From an uncultured Hormoscilla sp. (GTDB taxonomy: Bacteria; Cyanobacteriota; Cyanobacteriia; Cyanobacteriales; Desertifilaceae), in NCBI GenBank assembly GCA_963921275.4, contig OZ001293.3:1344001-1408000 (forward strand): a DNA stretch of 64,000 nucleotides, in the 5' to 3' direction. How positions within the stretch are numbered: position 1 is the stretch's first letter; every line of letters begins with the position of its first letter. The notes beneath the pieces are model-generated. The model saw nothing but the letters and a program-made list of their open reading frames with translations. It did no database searches and was not told the DNA's origin. Made by a program: the position numbers and the translations under genes. This document shows, piece by piece, positions 32,403 through 43,990 of the stretch.

Positions 32403-33293
32403 CTAAGAACCACCTTCTCGATAAGCACGAATCATGGCCTGAGTTCTCAGTTCGCCACCGATACCGCCATCGAGTTCTTTAACTATCTGTAAAAAGCGAT
32501 CGGCCATATCCATTCCGGGCAAAATCTGACCAGAAGACTGAAGACTTTCCCGTACCAACCTCAAGTCTTTAAGAAGATGCTTGATCGCGAAACCAGGTGC
32601 TAAGTCAGCGTCGGCAATTTTCGGTCCCAAGTTTGACAGCGCCCAAGACCCAGCCGCACCTTTGCTACAAACTTCTACCATTAACATGGGGTCAATTTCC
32701 TGTTGTTCTGCCAGTTTGAGCGCTTCGCATAAACTCATTATATTTACGGCACAAAGCACCTGATTGCAGAGTTTCACCGCCTGACCGCTACCTACTGGTC
32801 CGCAAAGGCGAATTGTCTTTCCCATGATTTCAAATAAGGGCTTGCATTCGGTAAAATCTTGCTCATCGCCCCCTACCATAATTACCAGGGTGCCTTTTTG
32901 CGCCCCGATGTCCCCCCCAGAAATTGGCGCATCCAAAAAGCGCAGTTGACGTTGTTGCAGTTCGGCGCCAATTTTCCGCGCTGCTACGGGCCCGATCGTA
33001 CTCATATCTACCACTAAAGTTCCCGGTTGGGCAAATGCCGCCGCCCCTTCCGGTCCGAGGATGACAGCTTCCATGTCGGGTACGTCCCCCACGCAGGTGA
33101 AAATTACCTCAGCGGACGACACCGCCTCCTGAATGGATGATACCACTTGCGCCCCCGCACTTGCAGCAACTTCCACTCCGGGCCGATCGCTCGTGCGATT
33201 CCAGGCCATTACCTGGAGACCGCTGCGTGCCAGATTAGCGGTCCGATGACCGCCCATCATGCCGAGTCCGAGAAATGCAATTTGTTTGTGCAT
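32403..33293 (-). CDS. 3-hydroxyisobutyrate dehydrogenase-family NAD(P) oxidoreductase
   Basis: FLGLGMMG, FLDAPISGG, GQAVKLCNQ. Confidence 0.9.
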   Translation of the reverse strand: MHKQIAFLGLGMMGGHRTANLARSGLQVMAWNRTSDRPGVEVAASAGAQVVSSIQEAVSSAEVIFTCVGDVPDMEAVILGPEGAAAFAQPGTLVVDMSTIGPVAARKIGAELQQRQLRFLDAPISGGDIGAQKGTLVIMVGGDEQDFTECKPLFEIMGKTIRLCGPVGSGQAVKLCNQVLCAVNIMSLCEALKLAEQQEIDPMLMVEVCSKGAAGSWALSNLGPKIADADLAPGFAIKHLLKDLRLVRESLQSSGQILPGMDMADRFLQIVKELDGGIGGELRTQAMIRAYREGGS

Positions 33294-33411
33294 GCTATAA
33301 TTCCACTATGGACAACAATCTAGTTTATCAGCTAGATTTCCGACAAGTAATGACCGATGACACAATTTTGATTGATCATCGATCTAGAGAAGCTAAGACA
33401 AGGTGCTTGCA

Positions 33412-33652
33412 GATGAACTCAACTAAAGAATTATTACACCATAGCATTGACCGATTGAGCGAAGCCGAAGCCCGACAAACTCTGGAGTTTGTCCAAAGTG
33501 TACAGCAAAGCAGCAACTTACTCCCAACTTTAAGGCGCTTAGCGCTAGATCCAGCGTTCAAGATTACTCCTGGAGGATTATCAGCTTTTCCCGTCGTCAA
33601 ACCCATCCAGGCTAAAGGGATCGCCGCCTCTAAATTATTGGTGGAGGAATGA
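33412..33652 (+). CDS. Putative antitoxin
   Basis: Small ORF ending ASKLLVEE, overlapping the start of the PIN gene (ATGA). Confidence 0.5.
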
Positions 33653-33831
33653 CGGTGATTTTTTACTATATGGATGCTAGCGCCTGGGTAAAACGCTACC
33701 TTCAAGAAACTGGTCGGGCAGTCGAACAACTAACGTTCGTTACCTCCGATCGCGAGCTAAAGGATGCGGCCAGAGCGTCGGGTCTGGATGTTATCGATCC
33801 AGAAGAACAACAGCTCCCAACTTCACCATAG
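33649..33831 (+). pseudogene. VapC PIN toxin with large in-frame internal deletion
   Basis: N-terminal YMDASAWVKRY..ETG joined directly to C-terminal FVTSDRELKDAARASG. Confidence 0.7.
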
Positions 33832-34088
33832 CGAGACTTAGTTGACATATTGTACTATTAATAAGCTGGAGGCAGAGCCTCGAAAGCCCCGTTCCCAGCC
33901 AGAGACTGGGAACGAGAGTTAAAGCCCGCACAGGCGGGCTTTGTTCATGTAGCGATACCCTAAAGGGTATCGCGGTATCGCGGTATCGCGGTATCGTAGC
34001 GCTTGCCTCGGGATGCAGCGATCGCGTGATTTGGGGAACAATATCCGAGCATACCATCTCTTACTATCATAACTTACAGAATAATTAC

Positions 34089-35534
34089 ATGCTCAATCTT
34101 AGATGCGCTCGGATTGTCTTAACAATCTGTATCTGGCAATTAACAGCGGTGCCATTTCTGGCTGCTGCTGCCAAGAGTCCCCAGCATACTGTGGCCCAAA
34201 ACCCATCCCTTTGTCCCGGTCAACTGGCTGCTGAAATTGATGCGATCGTCTCACGCCCCCAATTCCGCCGTCAGCGTTGGGGAATTTTAATCCGACCTTT
34301 ATTCTCGTCCCAGACTCTCTACAGTCGCGATGCGGAAAAATACTTTGTTCCCGCTTCTAATGCTAAACTGCTAATTACGGCCGCCGCCTTACATAAACTG
34401 GGTGCAGACTATCGGATTAGAACCTCAGTTTATCGGGACAGTTTAGGCGTCCGAGTCGTGGGCCGGGGAGACCCCAGTTTAGATCCTGCGCAATTACAAA
34501 GCTTAGCACAACAGCTCGACGGAATTCGCCGCATCAACCAACTCATTGGCGATGACTCTTACTTTCAAGAAGCTGCTATTAATCCTAGCTGGGAATGGTC
34601 AGACGTGCAAGCTGGCTATGGCACCGCAGTTAATAGCTTAATCGTCAATGAAAATGCGATCGCATTTACCCTGTTTCCCCAAGGGGTAGGGGAACCCTTG
34701 CGAGTCGAGTGGGACGATCCTGTGGAGGAGTTTGGCTGGAGAATTGAGAACAATTCCCGATCGGTTGCAGCCACAGAACCAGAATTTATCGCTGTCGGAC
34801 GAGATTTACGCAGTCGAGTCTTACGAGTCAGGGGACAACTGCGATCGGGGGCCCCATCAGAAGATGCAGCCGTAGCAGTAGTCGATCCAGCTAATAATTT
34901 TCTCCAGCATTTTCGCCGGGCCTTAGCCGCTGAAGGCATTGCCGTTCTCCGGACAGCAGTAACATCTAAAAGTCAACCCCCAACCCGAGAAATAGCAGCC
35001 GTAGAATCTCCACCATTATCAGAACTATTGCAAGAGATAAACCAATGGAGTAATAATCTCTATGCTGAGGCATTATTGCGAGTCCTGGGTGCCACAAATA
35101 AGCAAGAGAAAAACAGTCTCAAGGTGGTAAAACTCATCCTAACCGCATTGGGAGTTAACCCAGAAAGTTACATCCTTACGGACGCCGCTGGGTTATCCCG
35201 TCACAACCTCGTAACTCCAGAAGCATTGGTGCAAACTCTCCAGCTTATGGCCCGATCGCCGGCAGCAGCAGAGTATCGCGCCTCCCTCGCAGTTGCGGGT
35301 GGTAGAGAAGGTTCCCTCAGAAGTCGCTTTCGCGGGACTCCAGCGGAAGGGAGACTTCAGGGGAAAACAGGTTTGTTGAGTGGCGTCGCAGCTTTATCGG
35401 GATATCTGGATGTTCCCGGGTACGATCGCCTGGTTTTTAGCATCATTATCAATCAGTCCGATCTCTCTGGGGCCCAGTTGCGCCAGGCGATCGATGAGAT
35501 AATTGTACTGCTGACTCGCCTGCGACGCTGTTAA
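34089..35534 (+). CDS. dacB: D-alanyl-D-alanine carboxypeptidase/endopeptidase PBP4
   Basis: PASNAK, SNN and KTG motifs. Confidence 0.92.
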   Translation: MLNLRCARIVLTICIWQLTAVPFLAAAAKSPQHTVAQNPSLCPGQLAAEIDAIVSRPQFRRQRWGILIRPLFSSQTLYSRDAEKYFVPASNAKLLITAAALHKLGADYRIRTSVYRDSLGVRVVGRGDPSLDPAQLQSLAQQLDGIRRINQLIGDDSYFQEAAINPSWEWSDVQAGYGTAVNSLIVNENAIAFTLFPQGVGEPLRVEWDDPVEEFGWRIENNSRSVAATEPEFIAVGRDLRSRVLRVRGQLRSGAPSEDAAVAVVDPANNFLQHFRRALAAEGIAVLRTAVTSKSQPPTREIAAVESPPLSELLQEINQWSNNLYAEALLRVLGATNKQEKNSLKVVKLILTALGVNPESYILTDAAGLSRHNLVTPEALVQTLQLMARSPAAAEYRASLAVAGGREGSLRSRFRGTPAEGRLQGKTGLLSGVAALSGYLDVPGYDRLVFSIIINQSDLSGAQLRQAIDEIIVLLTRLRRC

Positions 35535-35628
35535 TTGTTAATTTTCAATTGTTAATCGTTTTGTTAATTGCCAGGAAAGGAAGCAATTACACCACCTTCG
35601 CAATTTTTTATTTGCAATTAACAATTCC

Positions 35629-37122
35629 CTAACCTTTCACAAGTGCCACCTCATACCGCTTGCCGTTCTTTTTTAACTTTAAAGAACTACAATCCTGCAA
35701 AAAATTCATAAATTTGCTCCCTAGATTTAAGCTCTTCATAGTCTTAGTCACGGTATGATCATATCGCTTTTGGAATTCCGTTCCCACCTTGGAAATATTA
35801 ATATATGAGCCAGAAGATTGAATTGTTAAACTTTGGACAATATCAACCATTACCTTCTCCATATCTGCCCGGGAATTAATTTCCGAAACCTGCTTCTTCA
35901 CATCTTCTGCTTCCAACTTAATTCCCAAAAGACTCCGGAGTTGTAAGCTTTGGCAAGACTGCAAAAACTTGCTGACATAAGGCGCTAGCTTTAAGCGCTT
36001 AATAATTGCATTCGCAGATTCTCCGTAGACCTTATGCAATTCTTTACTGATGTTGACCACAGTTAGCTTCATGGGCGGTTGCTTGCGCAGCATTCCCTCA
36101 ATAGTTACGATCATTGCCTTTTCTAAATCTTCCCGGGAATCGATCTGAGTGGGTCCAGCAGTCAGTTCAGCAGTCGGTTCCGCTAAGGGCTGTGGTTCGA
36201 GAGCGATCGAGTAATTTGCCAGTTCCGAAGTATGCAAGCGGTGTCGTTCTTCAAACAGGTGAGCAACAGCAGACAACTGGCCGATGCGCTCATTAATAGA
36301 GGCATGTTCTGCGGCCAGCAGGTGCTCGACCTGTTGCACCAGCCCAGCAAAATCGGGAATTTCTGACTTCATAGATAGGGAATAGTGATTTTTCTCCCCA
36401 GTAAGTCGATTTTCCACAGTCAGATTCTTATTTTGCTTGCGCACCCGATAGACAGTCAAGCCTTGGGTTTGCAATTCATTACAGAGGTGGGTTAACAGCC
36501 AATCAGAAGAACAGACAAAGACTTCTTTCGCATCGGGATAATGGCGAGAGACCCCAGCCCCCATAGCCAGCATTTGCGCATCCGCACTATTCTTACCTAA
36601 GGGGACGTGAATCAGTTGATAGCCCTGTTCGTAGAATTCAGTATCTTTGTCAGCGGGCATTTTTCTCCAGTTAGCAAAAGCAATCTTCACTTGCAGGGGA
36701 TAGTTGCCGATCCCGCTCAAGAACTGCTCCAGATTAGCATCAAACTTGTTCAGGTTTTCCGCATCCAGCAGTAAAATAGCGATGCCTGACTCTGGTTGAG
36801 CTGGAGGTGGTGGCAACTGGGGCAAATTTTGCTGCCCTAATTGGGCGGCGGCGTCGCGAAACTCGTTACTATTCAGGGTTTCCAGCAGTACAGAAGCTAA
36901 AAGACTTAGCTTATCCCGGTCCTGGGGGACATCGGGCTGTGCCAGGACGGGCAAGGATACAGTTTCAGCAGCAGTCTCCTGGACCTCGTCAAGAACCCGC
37001 ACCAGTTCGGCTGATTTGGGATAGACGAAATTACGTCCGCAGTCTTTGCAGCGGTATCTCTGCCTGTCGCCAGCACGACCGTTTTTACGCAGGTTGGTGG
37101 ATTCACATTTGGGACATTGCAT
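35629..37122 (-). CDS. Zn-ribbon plus NYN-domain protein with C-terminal OST-HTH/LOTUS-like repeats
   Basis: CPKC...CKDC; LLDAEN, KNSAD, SSD acidic motifs; two ISKxxxxxY repeats. Confidence 0.75.
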   Translation of the reverse strand: MQCPKCESTNLRKNGRAGDRQRYRCKDCGRNFVYPKSAELVRVLDEVQETAAETVSLPVLAQPDVPQDRDKLSLLASVLLETLNSNEFRDAAAQLGQQNLPQLPPPPAQPESGIAILLLDAENLNKFDANLEQFLSGIGNYPLQVKIAFANWRKMPADKDTEFYEQGYQLIHVPLGKNSADAQMLAMGAGVSRHYPDAKEVFVCSSDWLLTHLCNELQTQGLTVYRVRKQNKNLTVENRLTGEKNHYSLSMKSEIPDFAGLVQQVEHLLAAEHASINERIGQLSAVAHLFEERHRLHTSELANYSIALEPQPLAEPTAELTAGPTQIDSREDLEKAMIVTIEGMLRKQPPMKLTVVNISKELHKVYGESANAIIKRLKLAPYVSKFLQSCQSLQLRSLLGIKLEAEDVKKQVSEINSRADMEKVMVDIVQSLTIQSSGSYINISKVGTEFQKRYDHTVTKTMKSLNLGSKFMNFLQDCSSLKLKKNGKRYEVALVKG

Positions 37123-37204
37123 GATATTGCTATTCAGATCGCATTAAATCTATAGTTGCTAACAGGGCATAATTAGATCGACAAGCTTTACAAATCTTAA
37201 AACA

Positions 37205-38716
37205 ATGGCGAGAGATTTACGGGGATTCATCCAGTTGCTGGAAGGGCGGGGACAACTGCTGCGGATAGACGCCTTGGTCGATCCTGACTTAGAAATTGCC
37301 GAGATTGCCAACCGGATGCTGCAACGGGGGGGACCCGGGTTGCTGTTTGAACGGGTCAAGGGCGCATCCTTTCCCGTTGCGGTCAACCTGATGGGGACCG
37401 TCGAGAGGATCTGCTGGGCGATGAACATGCAGCATCCCCAGGAGTTGGAGGAACTGGGAAAAAAGTTGGCGATGCTGCAACAACCGAAACCCCCAAAGCA
37501 GATTTCTCAGGCGATCGACTTTGGGAAGGTGTTGTTTGATGTAGTGAAAGCCAAACCAGGACGGGACTTTTTCCCCCTTTGTCAGCAGGTGGTAATCGGG
37601 GAAAATGAGTTAGACCTCAACCAGTTACCCCTGATCCGTCCCTATCCGGGAGATGCGGGCAAGATTATCCCCCTGGGTTTGGTCATCACTAAGGACTGCC
37701 AGACGAAAACTCCTAATGTCGGAGTCTATCGCTTGCAGTTGCAATCTCGCCATAGCATGACAGTACATTGGTTATCGGTGCGGGGTGGGGCCCGTCACCT
37801 ACGCAAAGCAGCAGAGAATGGCCAGCAGTTGGAAGTGGCGATCGCCCTGGGGGTGGACCCCCTAATTATCATGGCAGCGGCCACACCCATTCCGGTAGAC
37901 TTATCAGAATGGCTATTTGCTGGATTATACGGCGGTACGGGGGTCAAGTTAGCTAAATGCAAGACCGTAGATTTAGAAGTGCCCGCCGACTCTGAGTTTG
38001 TCTTAGAAGGGACAATTACCCCAGGGGAAGTCTTGCCAGATGGTCCCTTTGGCGATCATATGGGATATTATGGCGTCCTGGAAGATTCGCCCCTGATCCG
38101 CTTTCACTGCATGACCCATCGCCAAGATCCCATATATCTCACCACCTTCAGCGGGCGTCCCCCCAAAGAAGAAGCAATGATGGCGATCGCCCTCAACCGC
38201 ATCTACACCCCCATTTTACGGCAACAAGTTTCAGAAATCGTCGATTTCTTCCTCCCCATGGAAGCCCTGAGTTACAAGGCCGCGATCGTTTCCATAGACA
38301 AAGCCTATCCCGGACAAGCGCGACGGGCGGCCTTAGCCTTTTGGACGGCATTGCCCCAATTTACCTATACCAAATTTGTCATCGTCGTGGATAAAAATAT
38401 CAACGTGCGAGATCCGCACCAGGTCGTCTGGGCGATCGCCTCCAAAGTTGACCCCAGGCGGGATGTATTTATTTTACCGAATACGCCCTTTGACAGTTTA
38501 GACTTTGCGAGTGAGAAAATCGGCTTAGGGGGGCGCATGGGGATTGATGCTACCACGAAGATCCCCCCAGAAACGGAACATGAATGGGGCGCACCGCTGG
38601 AGTCCGATCCAGAGGTAGCAGCGATGGTAGAAAGACGCTGGCAAGAATATGGCTTAGATGATGTAGAGTTAACAGAGGAGGTTGACCCCAACCTGTTTGG
38701 CTATGATATGCGGTAA
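37205..38716 (+). CDS. ubiD: UbiD-family decarboxylase
   Basis: NVGVYRLQ, EFVLEG, DGPFGDHMGYY. Confidence 0.93.
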   Translation: MARDLRGFIQLLEGRGQLLRIDALVDPDLEIAEIANRMLQRGGPGLLFERVKGASFPVAVNLMGTVERICWAMNMQHPQELEELGKKLAMLQQPKPPKQISQAIDFGKVLFDVVKAKPGRDFFPLCQQVVIGENELDLNQLPLIRPYPGDAGKIIPLGLVITKDCQTKTPNVGVYRLQLQSRHSMTVHWLSVRGGARHLRKAAENGQQLEVAIALGVDPLIIMAAATPIPVDLSEWLFAGLYGGTGVKLAKCKTVDLEVPADSEFVLEGTITPGEVLPDGPFGDHMGYYGVLEDSPLIRFHCMTHRQDPIYLTTFSGRPPKEEAMMAIALNRIYTPILRQQVSEIVDFFLPMEALSYKAAIVSIDKAYPGQARRAALAFWTALPQFTYTKFVIVVDKNINVRDPHQVVWAIASKVDPRRDVFILPNTPFDSLDFASEKIGLGGRMGIDATTKIPPETEHEWGAPLESDPEVAAMVERRWQEYGLDDVELTEEVDPNLFGYDMR

Positions 38717-38823
38717 ACTGAAAAATTGAAAATTGAAAATTGAAAATTTAGATTTTAGAATTGAAAACCAATAACTGACAACTGATAACTAACAACTGAT
38801 AATTGATAAGTGGTGAATAATCA

Positions 38824-39225
38824 ATGTTAGAAAAAAAACCATCAGAACCCATTTACAACAAAAATGGTGTCCGAATCACCATAAATGTGCTCGATATTCA
38901 GGGCGATCGGTATCAAATTCGCTATATTGATAGTATTAAGACGAGCCAAAAAAATCCAAAAAAAAAACTAAAACTGAGGGTAATTTATTTGGGAGTTCTA
39001 GTAGTAATCTTGGGTGTATTAATCAGACGTGTAGAATTGGTCTTACTCGGTTTGTCATTGATTTATATGGGCAATTACAAGAATGAAAAACTGAAGTATC
39101 TGAAAAGCACCTACACAGTTAGTATGACGACAACGGTCGGCAAAGAACTCAGCTACAGTTGTTCAGACGGTGCGGAAATTCAAGAAATCCTAGCAGCTAT
39201 GGAAACAGCACTGAATCAATTGTAA
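38824..39225 (+). CDS. Small membrane protein (DUF6232-like)
   Basis: YNKNGVRIT N-terminus and two TM helices. Confidence 0.55.
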   Translation: MLEKKPSEPIYNKNGVRITINVLDIQGDRYQIRYIDSIKTSQKNPKKKLKLRVIYLGVLVVILGVLIRRVELVLLGLSLIYMGNYKNEKLKYLKSTYTVSMTTTVGKELSYSCSDGAEIQEILAAMETALNQL

Positions 39226-39314
39226 TAGATATTTACTTGTCCCGATCGGGCAGTTGGCTAATATCTCCGGACAGGCGACACGCCTGTCCGGACCAACTGA
39301 CTACATACTGTAAA

Positions 39315-40289
39315 CTAAACCAATAAATCCCGCCGGGGCTTGAACTCCTCGATCTGCCGCAAATTTTCATAAACTTCCCGTTCTTCTGGACTAATCTCCT
39401 TAGGAATAACAACCTGAATTTCCACAATTTGGTCGCCACGTCTGCCCCTGCTATCAGGATAACCCTTATTAGCAAGGCGTAAGCGTTGACCGGGGGAAAC
39501 TCCCGGCGGCACATTCATTTTCACCAACCCATCCAGAGTCGGCACTTCCATCGACCCCCCTAACACCGCTTCACAAGGAGTCACAGGTAGTTGACAGTAA
39601 ATATCAGAACCTTCCAACCCAAAGAACTCATGAGGTGCTACAGTAATTTTCAAGAACAGGTCACCACCGCCAAGACCTTGATTCCGCAGTCGGATCCGCT
39701 GCCCAGTTACCATCCCCGGCGGCATCTCTACCTCGATCGATCGCCCATCTTCCAGACGAATGCGCTCATTTCCGCCCCAAAAAGCCTTCTCCAAAGGTAT
39801 AGTCAGTCGCGCCTCCACATCCCGCCGAGCAGGAATTGTGTTATAAGTTTTCTTCGCACTGCGCCGATAAGAATCAGCAGAAGGATCCGTTACCCGATCG
39901 CGTTCCCCAGTCGGCGCACCCACCTTCACTTCCCGCCGACGGTTCAGCAAGCTGTCCAAAAAGCCATCAAAAGTGGAGAATTGCTTGAAATACTCCATCT
40001 CTTCGGCGGACAAGCGACTCGAACCTTTACCATAACGTCCGTTTTTAGGACGCAACTTCTGGTACTGCAAAAACCGACTGAACCTATCGTATTGCGATCG
40101 CCTATTTGGATCGGACAGAACCTCATAAGCTTCGTTAATATCCTTAAACCTTTCCTCCGCCTCTTTATCTCCCGGATTCAAATCTGGATGGTACTGCCTC
40201 GCCAATTTCCGGTATGCCTTTTTGATTTCCTCAACCGAAGCATCTCTAGGAACTCCCAGAATCTCATAGTAGTTCCGAAAGTTTTGCAT
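39315..40289 (-). CDS. DnaJ-class co-chaperone (J domain plus C-terminal domain, CbpA-like)
   Basis: [11 protein letters not shown] motif; no Zn finger; downstream of dnaK. Confidence 0.92.
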   Translation of the reverse strand: MQNFRNYYEILGVPRDASVEEIKKAYRKLARQYHPDLNPGDKEAEERFKDINEAYEVLSDPNRRSQYDRFSRFLQYQKLRPKNGRYGKGSSRLSAEEMEYFKQFSTFDGFLDSLLNRRREVKVGAPTGERDRVTDPSADSYRRSAKKTYNTIPARRDVEARLTIPLEKAFWGGNERIRLEDGRSIEVEMPPGMVTGQRIRLRNQGLGGGDLFLKITVAPHEFFGLEGSDIYCQLPVTPCEAVLGGSMEVPTLDGLVKMNVPPGVSPGQRLRLANKGYPDSRGRRGDQIVEIQVVIPKEISPEEREVYENLRQIEEFKPRRDLLV

Positions 40290-40469
40290 AGTTAGTGGTA
40301 ATAGCTGCTTATTCATTCTCGCACCACATCAATTGTTAGTTGCTATTTGTTATTTGTCAGTTGTTATTTGTTAGTTGTTAGTTTTCTAAAGAACGAATTG
40401 CTGACTATGGACAGGCGAAACCCCGTCCTACGACTCGGACAGGCGTTTCGTCCGTCCTACGGCCTCTGA

Positions 40470-42494
40470 TTATAACCACTCATCATCATCATCCCAGTCC
40501 TTATTATCATTATAATTACTATACCTACTGCTATTGCTGCTATAGCGACTCGATCTGACAGCATCAGAAGGTCGGCGATAGGTTCTAGATGTTGTATAGC
40601 TATCTGAACGCCGATCGCGATCTCCCGAGAAAGTACGACGAATGGAACCAAACAAATCATCATCATCTTCCTCACTCAAGCGCAGACGTATTTCTCGGTT
40701 CAGGTCATAGAGGACATCTTGCAAATCAGCGCCCACCCGGTCTATGCCCCGATCTTCATTCCTTCTGAGGCTATCCCGCAATTCCTCAATTAAGGGGTCA
40801 ATTTGGCGACGATATTGATTAGCAAACTGCATGCCAAAATCCAGAGTCGCTTCTCTGAGTTGCCGTTCTGCCCGGACTATCAAAGCTTCAGCGCGATTAC
40901 GCTTTTCGAGCCGTTCCCGCCGTTCTCGGTCAACTTGAGCATATTGTTCCGCCTCGCGGATCATGCGATTAACTTCATCTTGAGATAGAGTCGAAGCCCC
41001 TTGAATAGTAATACTTTGCTCCCGACCTGTAGTTCTATCCAAAGCCGTTACCTGCAATATGCCATTAGCATCGATATCAAAGGACACCTGAATCTGAGGG
41101 ACGCCTCTCGGGGCCGGGGGAATCCCAGTCAACTTAAACCGTCCCAGAGACTTATTATTCCCTGCCATCTCGCGTTCGCCTTGAAGCGCATGGACTTCCA
41201 CCAAAGTTTGATTATCCTGTGCCGTCGAGAAAATATCAGAACGCCGCACTGGTATAGTAGTGTTGCGAGGAATCAGCTTCTTCATCACCCCATTAGCCGT
41301 TTCCAGTCCCAGGGATAGGGGCGTCACATCCAACAACAGCACATCTTTAACCATACCCAAGAGGATGCTAGCTTGAATTGCCGCACCAACAGCTACCACT
41401 TCATCGGGATTGACATTTTGATTGGGTTCTTTATCGATGAAGCTACGCACCAACTGTTGCACCCAAGGAATCCTCGTCGAACCGCCAACCAGAACCACTT
41501 CATCTATTTCCACCGGACTCAAATCAGCATCCTGTAAAGCTTGCTTAATCGGTCTTCTCAGGCGACTCACCAGGTCACCGCATAAATCTTCAAACTGAGA
41601 ACGGGTCAGCCTGGTTTCTAAATGCTTAGGACCGTCAGCCGTAGCAGTAATAAAGGGGAGATTGATGTCTGTCACGCTGACCCCAGATAGTTCAATCTTA
41701 GCCTTTTCCGCAGCTTCCAGCAAGCGTTGCAAAGCTTGGCGATCGTGACGTCTCAAGTCTATACCTTCCGCTTCCATAAACTGCTCGGCCAGCCAGTCAA
41801 CAATCCTTTTATCAAAATCATTGCCTCCGAGTTGGGTGTCGCCGCTAGTAGCCTTCACCTCAAACACCCCATCCCCAACATCCAAGATCGAGACATCAAA
41901 CGTACCCCCACCCAAATCGAACACCAGAATAGTCTGATAATCCCGGCGTTCCAATCCATAGGCCAAAGATGCAGCAGTCGGTTCATTCAGAATCCGCTTC
42001 ACCTCTAAACCAGCAATCCGTCCAGCATCTCGTGTCGCCTGCCGCTGGGAGTCATTAAAGTAAGCAGGGACGGTAATCACCGCACCGGTCACTGGTTCTC
42101 CCAGATAACGACTGGCATCATCTGCCAACTTCCGCAGAATCATGGCCGAGATTTCTTCCGAGACAAAGTCCTTCTTCAGGCGGGGACATTTAATTTTAAT
42201 ATTGCCCACCTCATCCCGACGGATAGTATAGGGAACACGCTTGGACTCTGGACTGAGTTCCGAGTACCTGCGACCAATAAATCGCTTCACTGCGTAGAAA
42301 GTATTTTCAGGATTGAGTACCGTCTGCCGCCGTGCCATTTGTCCGACAACTAACTCCCGATCCTTGCTAAAGCCAACCACTGAGGGGGTAGTCCGCATCC
42401 CTTCTGCATTGGCAATTACCAATGGTTTGCCGCCTTCCATCACGGCTATCACTGAGTTAGTTGTCCCTAAGTCAATGCCGACTACTTTGCCCAT
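40470..42494 (-). CDS. dnaK: Hsp70 chaperone DnaK (paralog with acidic WDDDDEW tail)
   Basis: [27 protein letters not shown]. Confidence 0.97.
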   Translation of the reverse strand: MGKVVGIDLGTTNSVIAVMEGGKPLVIANAEGMRTTPSVVGFSKDRELVVGQMARRQTVLNPENTFYAVKRFIGRRYSELSPESKRVPYTIRRDEVGNIKIKCPRLKKDFVSEEISAMILRKLADDASRYLGEPVTGAVITVPAYFNDSQRQATRDAGRIAGLEVKRILNEPTAASLAYGLERRDYQTILVFDLGGGTFDVSILDVGDGVFEVKATSGDTQLGGNDFDKRIVDWLAEQFMEAEGIDLRRHDRQALQRLLEAAEKAKIELSGVSVTDINLPFITATADGPKHLETRLTRSQFEDLCGDLVSRLRRPIKQALQDADLSPVEIDEVVLVGGSTRIPWVQQLVRSFIDKEPNQNVNPDEVVAVGAAIQASILLGMVKDVLLLDVTPLSLGLETANGVMKKLIPRNTTIPVRRSDIFSTAQDNQTLVEVHALQGEREMAGNNKSLGRFKLTGIPPAPRGVPQIQVSFDIDANGILQVTALDRTTGREQSITIQGASTLSQDEVNRMIREAEQYAQVDRERRERLEKRNRAEALIVRAERQLREATLDFGMQFANQYRRQIDPLIEELRDSLRRNEDRGIDRVGADLQDVLYDLNREIRLRLSEEDDDDLFGSIRRTFSGDRDRRSDSYTTSRTYRRPSDAVRSSRYSSNSSRYSNYNDNKDWDDDDEWL

Positions 42495-42733
42495 CTATCA
42501 CTTTTCTCCTCGCGTATCTTAATCTAATCTTGTTCCTTGCGTAGGACGGGCGGATCCCCTGTCCGTCTGGTAAGGCTGGCCAGAACGCCTGCCCGTTGTC
42601 AGCGCGTCGCTGATGCCCAGAAGCATTGCTGGACTTATTCTATCTTGTTCCTGCCGATGTATGACTGACAATATTCAAAATTCAAAATTAACCGCCAACA
42701 ACTAACCGCCAATAACTGACCGCCAACAACTGA

Positions 42734-43438
42734 TCACTGGTCACCGTCTACCACTTCTGAAAGTTTGCCCCCCAGTAGATAGGTAGTCATTTGGCCTTTA
42801 CCTTTGATATTGATTGGTCTGCGTACCGTCAACTGATACTTATCCCGCAGCAGTTCATAGGTAGAAGCCGTGAGTTGGATAGTTCCCGATATGCCATGAG
42901 ATTCCATGCGGCTAGCGGTGTTCACGGTATCGCCCCACAGGTCGTAAATGAACTTTTTGGTGCCAATCACCCCTGCTACCACCGGTCCGCTGTTAATGCC
43001 GATGCGGATCTGCAATGCTTCGCCAGTTTTAGCATTAAATTCTGAAAGCCCCCGTTGCATATCCAGGGCCATTTCGGCGATCGCCTCGGCGTGGTCACTG
43101 CGAGGTACAGGCAAACCACCCACTACCATATAGGCATCCCGATCGTCTTAATTTTCTCCAACCCATGCAGTTCACTGAGTTGATCGAACTTCGAGAAAAT
43201 CAGATTCAGGAGTTCTACCAGTTCCGTCGGCGATCGCCGAGCCGAAATTTCTGTAAAGTCTACGATATCAGCAAACATCACCGTCACATCATCAAAGCTT
43301 TCCGCGATCGCGCTTTGAGCTTTTTTCAGGCGTTCGGCAATTCTCGCTGGCAATATATTATGTAATAATCGTTCCGTTTGCAGCTTTTGATAACGCAGGG
43401 CCGCATTCATTTGCTTGCGTTCAGTTATGTTGATCGCC
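42734..43438 (-). pseudogene. Class III adenylate/guanylate cyclase, 5'-truncated at the intron and frameshifted near 43135
   Basis: NITERKQ PAC end, FADIVDFT, KIKTIG, GINSGPVVAGVIG, YDLWGDTVNTASRMES. Confidence 0.88.
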
Positions 43439-43990
43439 GTGCGATGAGTTCTAGCCTAACGTGTAAACACGGAACGCTAGCCTAGGAAACTAGGAACTCT
43501 GGTATTCATGGGGGTTAAATTCCCGTGCGATGAGTTCCAGCCTAACGTAGTCATATACGGAACGCTGGCCTAGGAAACTAGGAACTCTGGTAATCATGGG
43601 GGTTTAATTCCCCCTCCCCAGGTACAGGGGTAACCGCGTGAGGTGCTGCGAAGTAACATCATCGTGGTGCCAAGCGAGGACTCAAATGTAGGATAACTGG
43701 CGGCGAAATAAGGCTATATGCGCCGGACCAAAATGGTGACGTAGTTAGTACTAACGGTAGCGATTCGTCTTTTTCGTACTCAGATAACTACCGGGGTATA
43801 GTAGGAACCTAAAAGCGTCGCCCTCCGGATACTAGGGAACGAAGTAACCTCTCGTGAGCTGTCCAATAGGACCAGTCAGATGTGAAGCGCAAGCCACGGG
43901 TGGGAAAGATGGCCTCAGAAGCTAATGCCCAGGGTAATGTCTGTGGATAGGCTGACGTCGGTCGGTGATAGTAGGAAGTCTCGGGCAAAA
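43439..43990 (+). mobile_element. Group II intron 5' fragment (two tandem GTGCG starts; no IEP or domain V seen)
   Basis: GTGCGATGAGTT at 43439 and 43525, 86-nt duplicated 5' end; CCTAGGAAACTAGG hairpin and GGAACGAAGTAACC-type domain I motifs. Confidence 0.7.

Noticed and set aside
39591..40295. 234-aa plus-strand ORF and similar antisense ORFs over dnaK, nadC, ubiD and the S8 peptidase
   Set aside because: Shadow ORFs opposite well-supported genes, with no recognisable motifs
43439..43990. Retron/DGR or functional group II intron
   Set aside because: No reverse transcriptase in the window and no domain V/VI found; treated as a fragment
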